Below, piece after piece: positions 26,696-36,074 of a stretch of 63,976 bases of DNA. The stretch's first letter is position 1. Each line of letters begins with the position of its first letter. The notes beneath the pieces are model-generated. The model had not been told where the DNA came from, did not search any database, and saw only the letters and a program-made list of their open reading frames with translations. This stretch comes from Bacteroidales bacterium (lineage in GTDB: Bacteria; Bacteroidota; Bacteroidia; Bacteroidales; AUK083), in contig JAGGUV010000118.1 of the NCBI GenBank assembly GCA_021158345.1, positions 1 through 63,976 of the forward strand. The letters are read 5' to 3'. Made by a program: the position numbers and the translations under genes.

Positions 26696-27554
26696 TAGGC
26701 ACCATTCGGTTAATATTTCTTCTTGCTAAGACCCTTTTAATGTCAAATTTATTATACAACTCATCAAAGAAGTTGTCGTTAGGATTTTTCCCTTTAACGT
26801 CAGAGTTACTTAATATCCATTGATAGCCTAAGATATCTATTTTCTCACAAAATTTGGCAAGTCTTATTTGTTCGCTATCATCAAATTCATCTTTTGCATA
26901 AGAATTAAAACTTGATGTTTCACTCAATGGCTTGTATGGTGGGTCGAAATAAAACAGAGTGTTGTTTTCTGCATATTCCATGGTCGCTTCAAAATCTCCG
27001 TTCAAAATAGTTACTTTTTGTAAAACATCACTAACAGCTCTTAAATTATCTTCATCGCAAATCATGGGTGTTTTATAACTGCCTATTGGTACATTAAATT
27101 CATTTTTACGATTTACTCGATACAAACCATTAAAACAAGTTCTGTTAAGAAAGATAAACAATGCTGTTTGGCTAGTTTTATCTGAATTTCGATTATTAAA
27201 TTGTTTTCTTTTTGAGTAATAGTATTCTTTTTTTTCTTCAAGTTTATCTTTTAATGAATGATATTCTTTTTTCCATTTTTTTAAAATAGATATTAATTCT
27301 TCTACATTTTCTTTTATTGTTTGATATGAGTTGGTTAAATCTGTATTAATGTCGTTTATAATTGCGTGTTTAATATTTGGATATTTTTGTAAAATCCAAA
27401 AAAGAATAGCACCACCACCAACAAACGGTTCAATGTAGGTAAATTGAGTTTGTTTCATGTAACTTGGAATTGCATTATCAATTTCAGTCAATAATTGAGC
27501 TTTTCCACCAGCCCATTTAACAAAAGGTTTTGCTATTTTATTCATTTGTTTCAT
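26679..27554 (-). CDS. Dam-family (D12 class, alpha-type, DpnM-like) N6-adenine DNA methyltransferase
   Basis: KWAGGKAQLL, motif I EPFVGGGAILF, NRTCFNGLYRVN, motif IV FYFDPPY. The last 17 nt overlap the start of the DpnI-like gene, and the C-terminal tail (...RRNINRMVPNGFEI) looks shorter than typical Dam. Confidence 0.85.
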   Translation of the reverse strand: MKQMNKIAKPFVKWAGGKAQLLTEIDNAIPSYMKQTQFTYIEPFVGGGAILFWILQKYPNIKHAIINDINTDLTNSYQTIKENVEELISILKKWKKEYHSLKDKLEEKKEYYYSKRKQFNNRNSDKTSQTALFIFLNRTCFNGLYRVNRKNEFNVPIGSYKTPMICDEDNLRAVSDVLQKVTILNGDFEATMEYAENNTLFYFDPPYKPLSETSSFNSYAKDEFDDSEQIRLAKFCEKIDILGYQWILSNSDVKGKNPNDNFFDELYNKFDIKRVLARRNINRMVPNGFEI

Positions 27555-27625
27555 ATTTTCAATTTTCGTTTCTTTCTATTGTGCCTAACTATTGAGAAAG
27601 AAAGTTGTTGATAAGGATATTTTTT

Positions 27626-28495
27626 TTATTTAGCCAATATCCAAATATCTTTATATTTTGGACCGAGTTTTTGTTTTGCTTTTTTAGATTTTGACAATGA
27701 AGGAAAGTCAGAAAGTGAAAGTCTGTATCTGTTTTTTTGTTGTATAATTTTAGCTTTATGAAAGCCTCTTGCTTTATATTTCTTTAAATCTCTTTGTGAA
27801 TCTTTTAAATTAGTATAACTACCAAATATCAAATAATATCTTTTAGAAATTTTACTTTTCAATGCCTCTTTTCTATCCTTATATTTTGAATTGACAATAA
27901 AATTATCTGAATTACAAACCTTAAGTTTTTTTTCAACATCAATTTCTTCACCAAACCAAACAACTGCATAATTTTGAGAAATGGCAACACCTACTGCTTT
28001 CCAATCTTTATCAACCCACTTTCCTGAATTTATAATAACACTATTCGATGCTTGAGTGCTAATCCATGTATTAAAAACATCTTTATATTGAAATTCAGCA
28101 CTACTGTAAAAAGTAATTTCAAAACCAAACCCATCATAATTTGTTAATTCAGCAGGTTTATTCATCATACATAATTGACTTTTCATATCATTAGTATAAC
28201 AACACGGAGTCCATTTATCGCTGTCAGACCACGAGTGCATATTACAATTATCAGAAAAAACAAAATTCGATTGCAAATCATTAACATGCATTTTTGAAAC
28301 ATAGCACAATGATTTTGATAAAGGAATTTCATTAAGATTATGTTCTTTTCTGTATTTGTTTATCAGATTGTATAATTTTAACTCTGATTTTGAAATACAA
28401 AAATTTTTCGGTATTTTATTAGATGCTGTAACAGTTTCAAAATTTGCCAGCAATAATCCGATAAATAAAAATAAAATAACTTTAAAGCTCTTCAT
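27626..28495 (-). CDS. Secreted CAP/SCP (YkwD-like) domain protein with a C-terminal SPOR peptidoglycan-binding domain
   Basis: Signal peptide. LINKYRKEHNLNEIPLSKSLCYVSKMHVNDL matches the CAP pattern. C-terminal YYLIFGSYTNLKDSQRDLKKYKARGFHKAKIIQQKNRYRLSL is SPOR-like. Confidence 0.6.
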   Translation of the reverse strand: MKSFKVILFLFIGLLLANFETVTASNKIPKNFCISKSELKLYNLINKYRKEHNLNEIPLSKSLCYVSKMHVNDLQSNFVFSDNCNMHSWSDSDKWTPCCYTNDMKSQLCMMNKPAELTNYDGFGFEITFYSSAEFQYKDVFNTWISTQASNSVIINSGKWVDKDWKAVGVAISQNYAVVWFGEEIDVEKKLKVCNSDNFIVNSKYKDRKEALKSKISKRYYLIFGSYTNLKDSQRDLKKYKARGFHKAKIIQQKNRYRLSLSDFPSLSKSKKAKQKLGPKYKDIWILAK

Positions 28496-28680
28496 TTATA
28501 ATTCTATTTTTTATAATCATTTCAAAAATACAAAAAAAACAGCAACAACAAAACAATTTAATAAATATGAAACTTTTTTTTATGGTATACGTAATTTAAA
28601 TTAAGGAGACTTAAGACAACAAAACAGAAATAAAACAAAATGATTTCTTTCTTAATCTTTAAAAAATAAAACTTGATAAA

Positions 28681-29091
28681 ATGAAAAAATATTTTTTTAC
28701 AATTTTATTATTAGCAGTTGTTCTTTTCTGTTCAGCACAAGGAAAACATTCATTAATTACACAAAAAGTAATAAAAGATTCAATTTCATCTGATAGTTGT
28801 AAATACGAAATAATAATTACTGAACCCGGTTTTAATTCGTGGTTTGAAACAAACAGAAAACCAAAATGGTTTTATTCAAAATCATATTTAAAATATTGGG
28901 ACTATATTTATACAGTAAACTGGAATATGAAAAATATTTCAGAAAGAGGTAATATCAACAATCCGTTTTATTATTATATAGATTATAATTACAATATAGA
29001 TTACGGCAAAGAAGTATATTACAAACTATATTATTATTTTAAATATATTGAGTATAAATACCATAAAAAGATTTATCCATATAAAAGATAA
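28681..29091 (+). CDS. Small secreted Y/N/K-rich protein, function unknown
   Basis: Signal peptide MKKYFFTILLLAVVLFCSAQ. No confident family assignment. Confidence 0.5.
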   Translation: MKKYFFTILLLAVVLFCSAQGKHSLITQKVIKDSISSDSCKYEIIITEPGFNSWFETNRKPKWFYSKSYLKYWDYIYTVNWNMKNISERGNINNPFYYYIDYNYNIDYGKEVYYKLYYYFKYIEYKYHKKIYPYKR

Positions 29092-29130
29092 ATAAAAAAA
29101 CTGAGGTTTAAAATTCTATATTTTTAATTA

Positions 29131-30345
29131 TTACTCCATTTCCTGCAACCATTTTTCAGATAATAATCCGAGACTAACAGCAAGGTCAATAATTTTCTGA
29201 TTACGTTTCACAACAGGTGGGTCAATCATTTTTGTTCCCAAAGATACAACGCCCAAACCTTTTTTTTCAGCCTCATAAAAAGCTTTAACAATTTTTTTAG
29301 CTTTTTCTATTTGATTTTCTTCTGGAGCAAAACTTTCAATAATAACAGGTATCTGACGAGGATGAATACACCCCATACCTTCAAACCCAAGGCTTTTCGA
29401 CATTTTAACATTATTTTTTAAACCTTCCATATCAGCAACATCAGAAAACACAGAATCAATGGGTTGAATTTTAGCAGCATGACAAGCATTAACAAGTCTG
29501 GTTCTTGCATAAATAGATTCTATACCTTCTTTAGTTCTTTGAACACCTATGTCGGCAGTAAAATCTTCAAGACCAATAGCTAAAGCAACAACATTTTTAG
29601 ATGACGTTGCTATTTCAAAAGCTTTTTCAACACCTAAAGCACTTTCAATAATAGGCATATAAAAAATCCGGGAATCAATATTATATTCTTTTTTAATTTT
29701 ATTAACCTCAACATCAATTTTTCTCACATAATCAGCACTCTCGCATTTTGGCAATAATAATAAATTAACATTAAAAGGAATAACATATTTCAAATCGTCA
29801 ATACCTCTTTGTCCCTGATTAATTCGAACCATTCGCTCAGCACCGTAAAAATTAATCCTACAAAGTGCATTCCTAACTAATAAACGTGCTTCTTCTTTTT
29901 TAGATAAAGCAACAGAATCTTCAAGGTCAAGAATTATACCGTTAGGTTTATGCAAACCCGCATTAATCATCATACTTGGTGTATTGCCGGGTAAATATAA
30001 CCTTGAAAAACGATATAAATCTCTTTTTGTACTATATTTATTCTCATCAATAATATCAAACAGATATTGTTTGTCAGTATCAATTAATTGTTTAACAGCA
30101 GCTTCGATACGAGCAGCTATAACAAAATCAAGTGCACCAAAATCTTCAATGATTAATTTTGCATTTTCTATATCAAAATATTTTAATACTTTATTTGCTA
30201 AATTTATAATTGAATCAGCAAATAATGTTTTTACTTTACTTTGTAATTGTATTTCTATTCCTCCTTGATTTGTAATTTCAAGACTAAGAAAACAATCAGA
30301 ACGAACCTTTTTACCTTTATTTCCTGCTATTGCTATTTTTCCCAT
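29131..30345 (-). CDS. Citrate lyase acyl-carrier (CitD-like) fused to citrate lyase beta subunit / citryl-CoA lyase (CitE, HpcH/HpaI family)
   Basis: The N-terminal ~95 aa match the CitD layout (IAIAGNKGKKVRSD...IEDFGALDFVIAARIEAAV). The remainder is CitE-like (RLYLPGNTPSMM, GIILDLEDSV, PIIESALGVEKAFEIA, GLEDFTADIG, GFEGMGCIHPRQI). Confidence 0.75.
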   Translation of the reverse strand: MGKIAIAGNKGKKVRSDCFLSLEITNQGGIEIQLQSKVKTLFADSIINLANKVLKYFDIENAKLIIEDFGALDFVIAARIEAAVKQLIDTDKQYLFDIIDENKYSTKRDLYRFSRLYLPGNTPSMMINAGLHKPNGIILDLEDSVALSKKEEARLLVRNALCRINFYGAERMVRINQGQRGIDDLKYVIPFNVNLLLLPKCESADYVRKIDVEVNKIKKEYNIDSRIFYMPIIESALGVEKAFEIATSSKNVVALAIGLEDFTADIGVQRTKEGIESIYARTRLVNACHAAKIQPIDSVFSDVADMEGLKNNVKMSKSLGFEGMGCIHPRQIPVIIESFAPEENQIEKAKKIVKAFYEAEKKGLGVVSLGTKMIDPPVVKRNQKIIDLAVSLGLLSEKWLQEME

Positions 30346-30617
30346 TTGTTTATTTTTTTATTAAAAATCAAAAATATAATTTTTTACAATTTTAAAATAA
30401 TATTCATCTACTTTCTTTAAAAAAATTATATTAAAAAAAACGTAAAACTGAATTAATTTATAGCAAACATACGAATAATTCAGGTTAAATATCCTGATTA
30501 TTAACAAATAAAATCATTATTATTTTGTTAATAAATTTTTATTAATTATTTTAAAAATTACTTTAATTTTAATACATTTGTTAAAATTAATTTTATTTCT
30601 AATCAAAAAAAATAACG

Positions 30618-32099
30618 ATGAACAATACCACTAACAATAATGGGAATAAATCGAACAACCATTTTGAGAAAACACTAAAAGAATGGATTACCGAAGAAAA
30701 ATGTGCTGTTGAATTTATCAATGTAATAAGTAAACTATGGTTTGATAAATCAATAGAATTAATAATTTTCAGGAGGCAATTACTTGAACGTTCTCCAAGT
30801 AATATTTTAAACAAACATTCTTATGCTGAAAATATCATTAATAAAAAATTAAACATTAAAGATTCTTTACTTTTGGCAAAAGCCATATTAGATACAAACA
30901 TTGCGCCTGCACGTATTGATATCGGTCGTTTAAACAAAGAATGGACAGAGGAAAAAGATAATTACAAAGATGTTAATTCTTTTATAAATGACAAATTAAA
31001 AGCATTTATTAATGTTAGTCCCAGAAGTAAAGAATACAAAGATGTAATATTATATGGTTTTGGACGAATAGGCAGATTAGTAGCACGCGAACTGATAAAC
31101 ATAGCAGGAGATGGCTCCAGGTTAAGATTAAGAGCTATTGTAACCAGAAATACTGATGCTGCAAATATAAAAAAAAGAATTTCATTATTCAGAAAAGACT
31201 CTGTACATGGACCTTTTAACGGTATTGCAATTGATGATGCAGACAATAAATCATTATATATTAATGGACATATTGTTAAAATGTTAAGTGTAAAAAATCC
31301 TGAAGACATGAACTATGAAGAAGAAGGTATCACTAATGCTTTATTAATAGACAATACCGGAATTTTCAGAGACAGAATTTCCTTAAGCAGACATTTAAAA
31401 GCAAAAGGTGTTGACAAAGTACTTTTAACAGCTCCTGCAAAAGGCGATATTCCTAATATCGTTTATGGTGTTAACCAGGATGATTTCGATTTAAACAAAG
31501 AAAAAATCTTCTCTGCAGCATCATGCACCACTAATGCAATTGTTCCTGCATTAAGTATTATTGAGAAAAAAATTGGTATAGAAACAGGGCATATAGAAAC
31601 TATTCACTCATACACTAACGACCAAAACCTTTTGGACAACATACATAAAAAACCAAGAAGAGGACGTTCGGCTGCCCTAAATATGGTACTTACATCTACA
31701 GGAGCAGGAGATGCTGCTGTAAAAATCATTCCCATTTTAAAAGGTAAACTTACTGCAAATGCTATTAGAGTTCCTACACCTGATGTATCTTTAGCAATTC
31801 TTTCACTTAATATTAAAAAAGAAACTTCAAGAGAAGAAATAACTGAATTGTTAAGAAATGCATCTTTAAAAGGAAACCTTATTGAACAAATTCGTTTTTC
31901 AACTTCTCAGGAAGCTGTTTCCTCCGATTTTATTGGAGACTCATGTGCCGGCATTTTCGACAGTCCTTCTACTATTGTATCAAATAATAAAAAAAATATT
32001 ATTATTTATATCTGGTATGATAATGAATTTGGATATACTAACCAGGTTATACGTTTAGCAAAACATATTTCAATGGTTAAAAGCTACAGATATTATTAA
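30618..32099 (+). CDS. gap: Glyceraldehyde-3-phosphate dehydrogenase, long form with a ~140-aa N-terminal extension
   Basis: NAD-binding motif LYGFGRIGRLVAREL, catalytic SAASCTTNAIVP, WYDNEFGY near the C-terminus. Confidence 0.9.
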   Translation: MNNTTNNNGNKSNNHFEKTLKEWITEEKCAVEFINVISKLWFDKSIELIIFRRQLLERSPSNILNKHSYAENIINKKLNIKDSLLLAKAILDTNIAPARIDIGRLNKEWTEEKDNYKDVNSFINDKLKAFINVSPRSKEYKDVILYGFGRIGRLVARELINIAGDGSRLRLRAIVTRNTDAANIKKRISLFRKDSVHGPFNGIAIDDADNKSLYINGHIVKMLSVKNPEDMNYEEEGITNALLIDNTGIFRDRISLSRHLKAKGVDKVLLTAPAKGDIPNIVYGVNQDDFDLNKEKIFSAASCTTNAIVPALSIIEKKIGIETGHIETIHSYTNDQNLLDNIHKKPRRGRSAALNMVLTSTGAGDAAVKIIPILKGKLTANAIRVPTPDVSLAILSLNIKKETSREEITELLRNASLKGNLIEQIRFSTSQEAVSSDFIGDSCAGIFDSPSTIVSNNKKNIIIYIWYDNEFGYTNQVIRLAKHISMVKSYRYY

Positions 32100-32120
32100 A
32101 AACATAATTTTAACTTTTTT

Positions 32121-32166
32121 AATCCATCAGCTAAAAAATTCTCATTAGTTGATGGATTTTTTTTTA
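32121..32166 (+). terminator. Rho-independent terminator after gap
   Basis: Stem aatccatcagcta / tagttgatggatt followed by T9. Confidence 0.85.
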
Positions 32167-32240
32167 TATTAGTATCTCATAAAATAATAAAATTGTATCT
32201 TGCGGGTTTTTATTTATGTTAACATATTTACTATAATCTT

Positions 32241-33860
32241 ATGAGTACCAAGACCAAATATATTTTTGTAACAGGTGGTGTTTCATCATCATTAGGAAAA
32301 GGAATAATCTCAGCTTCATTAGGGAAATTGCTTCAGGCAAGAGGCTTCAATGTAACTATACAAAAATTAGATCCATATATTAATATTGACCCGGGCACAT
32401 TAAATCCATACGAACATGGCGAATGTTTCGTTACTGAAGACGGTGCTGAAACAGACCTTGATCTTGGTCATTACGAAAGATTTTTAAACATACACACTTC
32501 TCAGGCGAATAATATTACTACAGGTATTATTTACAAATCAGTAATAGAAAAAGAACGAAAAGGAGAATATCTCGGACAGACTGTTCAGGTGATACCTCAT
32601 ATTACTGATGAAATAAAATACAGAATAAAATTACTTGCACATAAACAAAATTTCGATTTTGTTATTACTGAAATCGGGGGAACTGTAGGCGATATTGAGT
32701 CATTGCCATATATTGAAGCATTACGACAAATGCGTTGGGAAATGGGTGACGATTGTATTTCCATTCATCTTACTTTAGTCCCTTATCTCGCTGCTGCAGG
32801 CGAATTAAAAACTAAACCTACTCAACACTCTGTTAAAACATTACAGGAAGCTGGTGTTCAACCTGATATTATTGTTTGCAGAACAGAAAAACATATTTCT
32901 GAAGCTATAAAAAACAAAATAGCTCGATTTTGTAATGTTAAAGCAAAAGATGTTATAGAATCTATTGATGCTAAAACAATTTATGATGTCCCATTATTGA
33001 TGCTTAAAGAACATTTAGATTTGGAAGTTCTCCGTATCTCAAACATCCCTTGTAAAAGAGAACCGGATATTGAAAAATGGAAAGAATTCTTATTCAAATT
33101 AAAACATCCTAAAAAATCTGTTACTATTGGTTTGATTGGCAAATACACTGAGCTAAAAGACGCATATAAATCAATAGTTGAATCGTTTATTCATGCAGGG
33201 ACTATAAACGAATGCAAAGTAAATGTGATAAGAATAAGTGCTGAAAAAGTAAATGACACAACAGTAAAAGAGCTATTAAAAGATGTAGATGCTGTATTAG
33301 TAGCACCCGGTTTTGGTGAAAGAGGTATTGAAGGAAAAATTACTTCTATAAAATATGTACGTGAAAACAAAATTCCTTTTCTCGGAATATGCTTAGGCAT
33401 GCAATGTGCTGTTATTGAATTTGCAAGAAATGTTTTAAATTTTGAAAATGCTCATTCAACAGAAATAAATCCTAAAACAAAATTTCCTGTTATTGATATT
33501 ATGGAAAACCAGAAAAAAATATCAGGTATGGGTGGAACCATGAGACTTGGAGCTTATCCTTGTAATATTGTTAAAAATACTAAGGCTTTTGAAATATACA
33601 ACACACAAGCGACTACTGAACGCCACAGACATAGATTTGAATTCAATAATAAATATCTCGAAGATTTTAAAAAAGCAGGTATGATTCCTTCAGGAATTAA
33701 CAATAAAGATAACCTGGTTGAAATTGTTGAACTGAAAAATCACCCTTGGTTTATTGGTGTACAATTTCATCCCGAATACAAAAGCACAGTAGTTAATTCT
33801 CATCCTGTTTTTATCAATTTTATTAGAGCAGCTATTAAACAAAAAGAATTAAAAAAATAA
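32241..33860 (+). CDS. pyrG: CTP synthase
   Basis: [28 protein letters not shown], glutaminase domain GICLGMQ and HRHRFEFN. Confidence 0.97.
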   Translation: MSTKTKYIFVTGGVSSSLGKGIISASLGKLLQARGFNVTIQKLDPYINIDPGTLNPYEHGECFVTEDGAETDLDLGHYERFLNIHTSQANNITTGIIYKSVIEKERKGEYLGQTVQVIPHITDEIKYRIKLLAHKQNFDFVITEIGGTVGDIESLPYIEALRQMRWEMGDDCISIHLTLVPYLAAAGELKTKPTQHSVKTLQEAGVQPDIIVCRTEKHISEAIKNKIARFCNVKAKDVIESIDAKTIYDVPLLMLKEHLDLEVLRISNIPCKREPDIEKWKEFLFKLKHPKKSVTIGLIGKYTELKDAYKSIVESFIHAGTINECKVNVIRISAEKVNDTTVKELLKDVDAVLVAPGFGERGIEGKITSIKYVRENKIPFLGICLGMQCAVIEFARNVLNFENAHSTEINPKTKFPVIDIMENQKKISGMGGTMRLGAYPCNIVKNTKAFEIYNTQATTERHRHRFEFNNKYLEDFKKAGMIPSGINNKDNLVEIVELKNHPWFIGVQFHPEYKSTVVNSHPVFINFIRAAIKQKELKK

Positions 33861-33902
33861 TTACTTTTGCAAATTATTTCTAACAAAAAAAAAAATTACT
33901 AA

Positions 33903-35810
33903 ATGGATAAAAAAACTGTTACAGGATTAATATTAATATTTGCTATATTAATGTTCTACTCCTATTTGAACAAACCATCAAAAGAAGAAATTGCAGAAAG
34001 ACAAAGGATACAGGATTCAATAGCTAAAGTTCAACAAAAATCTATAGATACAACGAAAATTGCCGATATTCAGGAGCATATTAATACACCTGAAAAAACT
34101 GATTTAGACCAAGTTGAAGAACCTGAAAACAATTCAGATGAATTAGGAGTTTTTTCAAATTCCGCCCAAGGAAAAGAAAAAATTTATTTAATTGAAACCG
34201 ACCTGCTTAAAATTAAAATTTCTAACAAAGGTGGTAAAATTATATCTGCAATACTAAAGGATTACAAAACTCACGATTCTCTACCCTTAGAGCTCATCGA
34301 AAAAAACTCTTCTGATTTTGGCTTTGAATTTTTTGCCAACAACAGATATATTAATACTAACAATTTATTTTTTCAATCAGGAGATAATAATACCGATAGC
34401 ATTATAACAGTATCAAAGGCTGACTCTTGTAGCTTATCTTTAAGACTTTATACAAATAATAACGATTTATCACATAATAGTTACATTGAATACATTTATA
34501 CCTTCAAAGGCGATAACTATATGTTTGATTTATCAGTAAACTTTGTAGGTTTAAAAAATGTTATTAGTTCAAATACCGACTATCTAAACCTCAACTGGAA
34601 TACAAACTTACTTCAACAAGAAAAATCTGTCAGCAAATATAATGGAGCGACAATATATTATAAATACTATAATGATGATGTAAAATATCTTTCTGAAACA
34701 AAAGATGATGACAAATCATTAAAAACCAAAATTAAATGGATATCTTACAAACAACAATTTTTCACATCAACATTAATAGCTGATAAGTATTTTATTAATG
34801 CAGACATAAAAACTTTTACAAATAAGAAACATAAAAAGAGATACCTAAGAACAATGAGCTCTACCATAGGAGTACAATTTAATCCTATGGCTGACAAAAA
34901 TAATATTAAACTGCATTTTTATTATGGACCAAACAAATACAGAACTTTAAGAAAATATCACCTTGATCTGGAACATCAGATACCATTAGGCTGGAGTTTT
35001 TTCCTTATGCATTGGATAAATAGATTTGCCGTAATACCGGTTTTTAACTTTCTTGAAGGGTTTAATTTTAATTATGGAATAATAATTTTAATTTTAACAA
35101 TTCTTTTAAAAATTGTACTGTTTCCAATAGCATACAAAACATATTCGTCATCAGCAAAGATGCGAGTATTAAAGCCTGAAATCGATGAAATAAGCAAAAA
35201 ATACCCCAAGAAAGAAGATGCAATGAAAAAGCAACAAGCTACCATGGCTCTTTATAAAAAAGTAGGTGTGAGTCCAATGGCAGGATGTTTACCAATGCTG
35301 TTACAATTTCCTATTCTCATTGCATTGTTTAGATTTTTTCCTGCAGCAATTGAACTAAGACAACAATCATTTCTATGGGCTACCGACTTATCTTCTTATG
35401 ATTCTATTTGGAATTTTCCTAATGGTTTTTCAATACCGTTTTATGGCGACCATGTAAGTTTATTTACATTGTTGATGACTATTTCAACCATCATATATAC
35501 TAAAATTAACAATGATACGATGGGGACTTCCAGCACTCAAATGCCGGGAATGAAAGCAATGACTTATCTTATGCCTATTATGTTCCTTGGAATTTTTAAT
35601 AATTATTCTGCAGGTTTAAGTTATTATTATTTTCTTGCAAACATCTTCACTTTCGCACAGATGTATTTTATCAAACAACATATTGATGAAGATAAATTAA
35701 GAAAAAAACTTCTTGCTAATCAGAAAAAAACCGTAAAAAAGTCAAAATTTCAAAAGCGGCTTGAAGATATGGCAAAACAAAAAGGATACAATCAATACAA
35801 AAAAAAATAA
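33903..35810 (+). CDS. yidC: Membrane protein insertase YidC
   Basis: N-terminal TM, large periplasmic domain, conserved core (NYGIIILILTILLKIVLFP...MAGCLPMLLQFPILIALF), basic C-terminal tail. The pyrG-yidC neighbourhood is typical of Bacteroidota. Confidence 0.93.
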   Translation: MDKKTVTGLILIFAILMFYSYLNKPSKEEIAERQRIQDSIAKVQQKSIDTTKIADIQEHINTPEKTDLDQVEEPENNSDELGVFSNSAQGKEKIYLIETDLLKIKISNKGGKIISAILKDYKTHDSLPLELIEKNSSDFGFEFFANNRYINTNNLFFQSGDNNTDSIITVSKADSCSLSLRLYTNNNDLSHNSYIEYIYTFKGDNYMFDLSVNFVGLKNVISSNTDYLNLNWNTNLLQQEKSVSKYNGATIYYKYYNDDVKYLSETKDDDKSLKTKIKWISYKQQFFTSTLIADKYFINADIKTFTNKKHKKRYLRTMSSTIGVQFNPMADKNNIKLHFYYGPNKYRTLRKYHLDLEHQIPLGWSFFLMHWINRFAVIPVFNFLEGFNFNYGIIILILTILLKIVLFPIAYKTYSSSAKMRVLKPEIDEISKKYPKKEDAMKKQQATMALYKKVGVSPMAGCLPMLLQFPILIALFRFFPAAIELRQQSFLWATDLSSYDSIWNFPNGFSIPFYGDHVSLFTLLMTISTIIYTKINNDTMGTSSTQMPGMKAMTYLMPIMFLGIFNNYSAGLSYYYFLANIFTFAQMYFIKQHIDEDKLRKKLLANQKKTVKKSKFQKRLEDMAKQKGYNQYKKK

Positions 35811-35831
35811 CTAAATAGTATAATTTTTTTT

Positions 35832-35860
35832 AAAGAGGCATTATTTTTAATGCCTCTTTT
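35832..35860 (+). terminator. Rho-independent terminator after yidC
   Basis: Perfect 12-bp stem aaagaggcatta / taatgcctcttt with a tttt loop and a short T tail. Confidence 0.75.
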
Positions 35861-36074
35861 AGTATTCTTAAAAGAAAAATTATTAAAAGAATTTTCTCCA
35901 ACTGCCAATAATAGAATAACTTAACAACTAAAAATAAAATAAATAATATTGACTCAAATTTCATTTTTAATTTCCAATAATTATTTATAATTTTGCACCC
36001 AATTTTTTGCAATTAACGGAGTATTAACCAATTTAGATATCAATAATATATATCTAAACATTAAAAAAAATTAA

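Noticed and set aside
30618-31040. The ~140-aa N-terminal extension of GAPDH as a novel fusion
   Set aside because: Long-form GAPDH homologues of about 480 aa exist in several bacterial groups as far as I recall, so this is probably a known subfamily. It is noted only in the feature table.
30962-31309. Several 100-115-aa antisense ORFs (30962..31309, 38656..38958, 41849..42181, 45244..45561, 45646..45978, 57249..57593)
   Set aside because: Each lies inside or opposite a confidently identified gene (gap, patatin, kdsA, pstC, lepB) and translates to hydrophobic low-complexity sequence, so I treat them as shadow ORFs.
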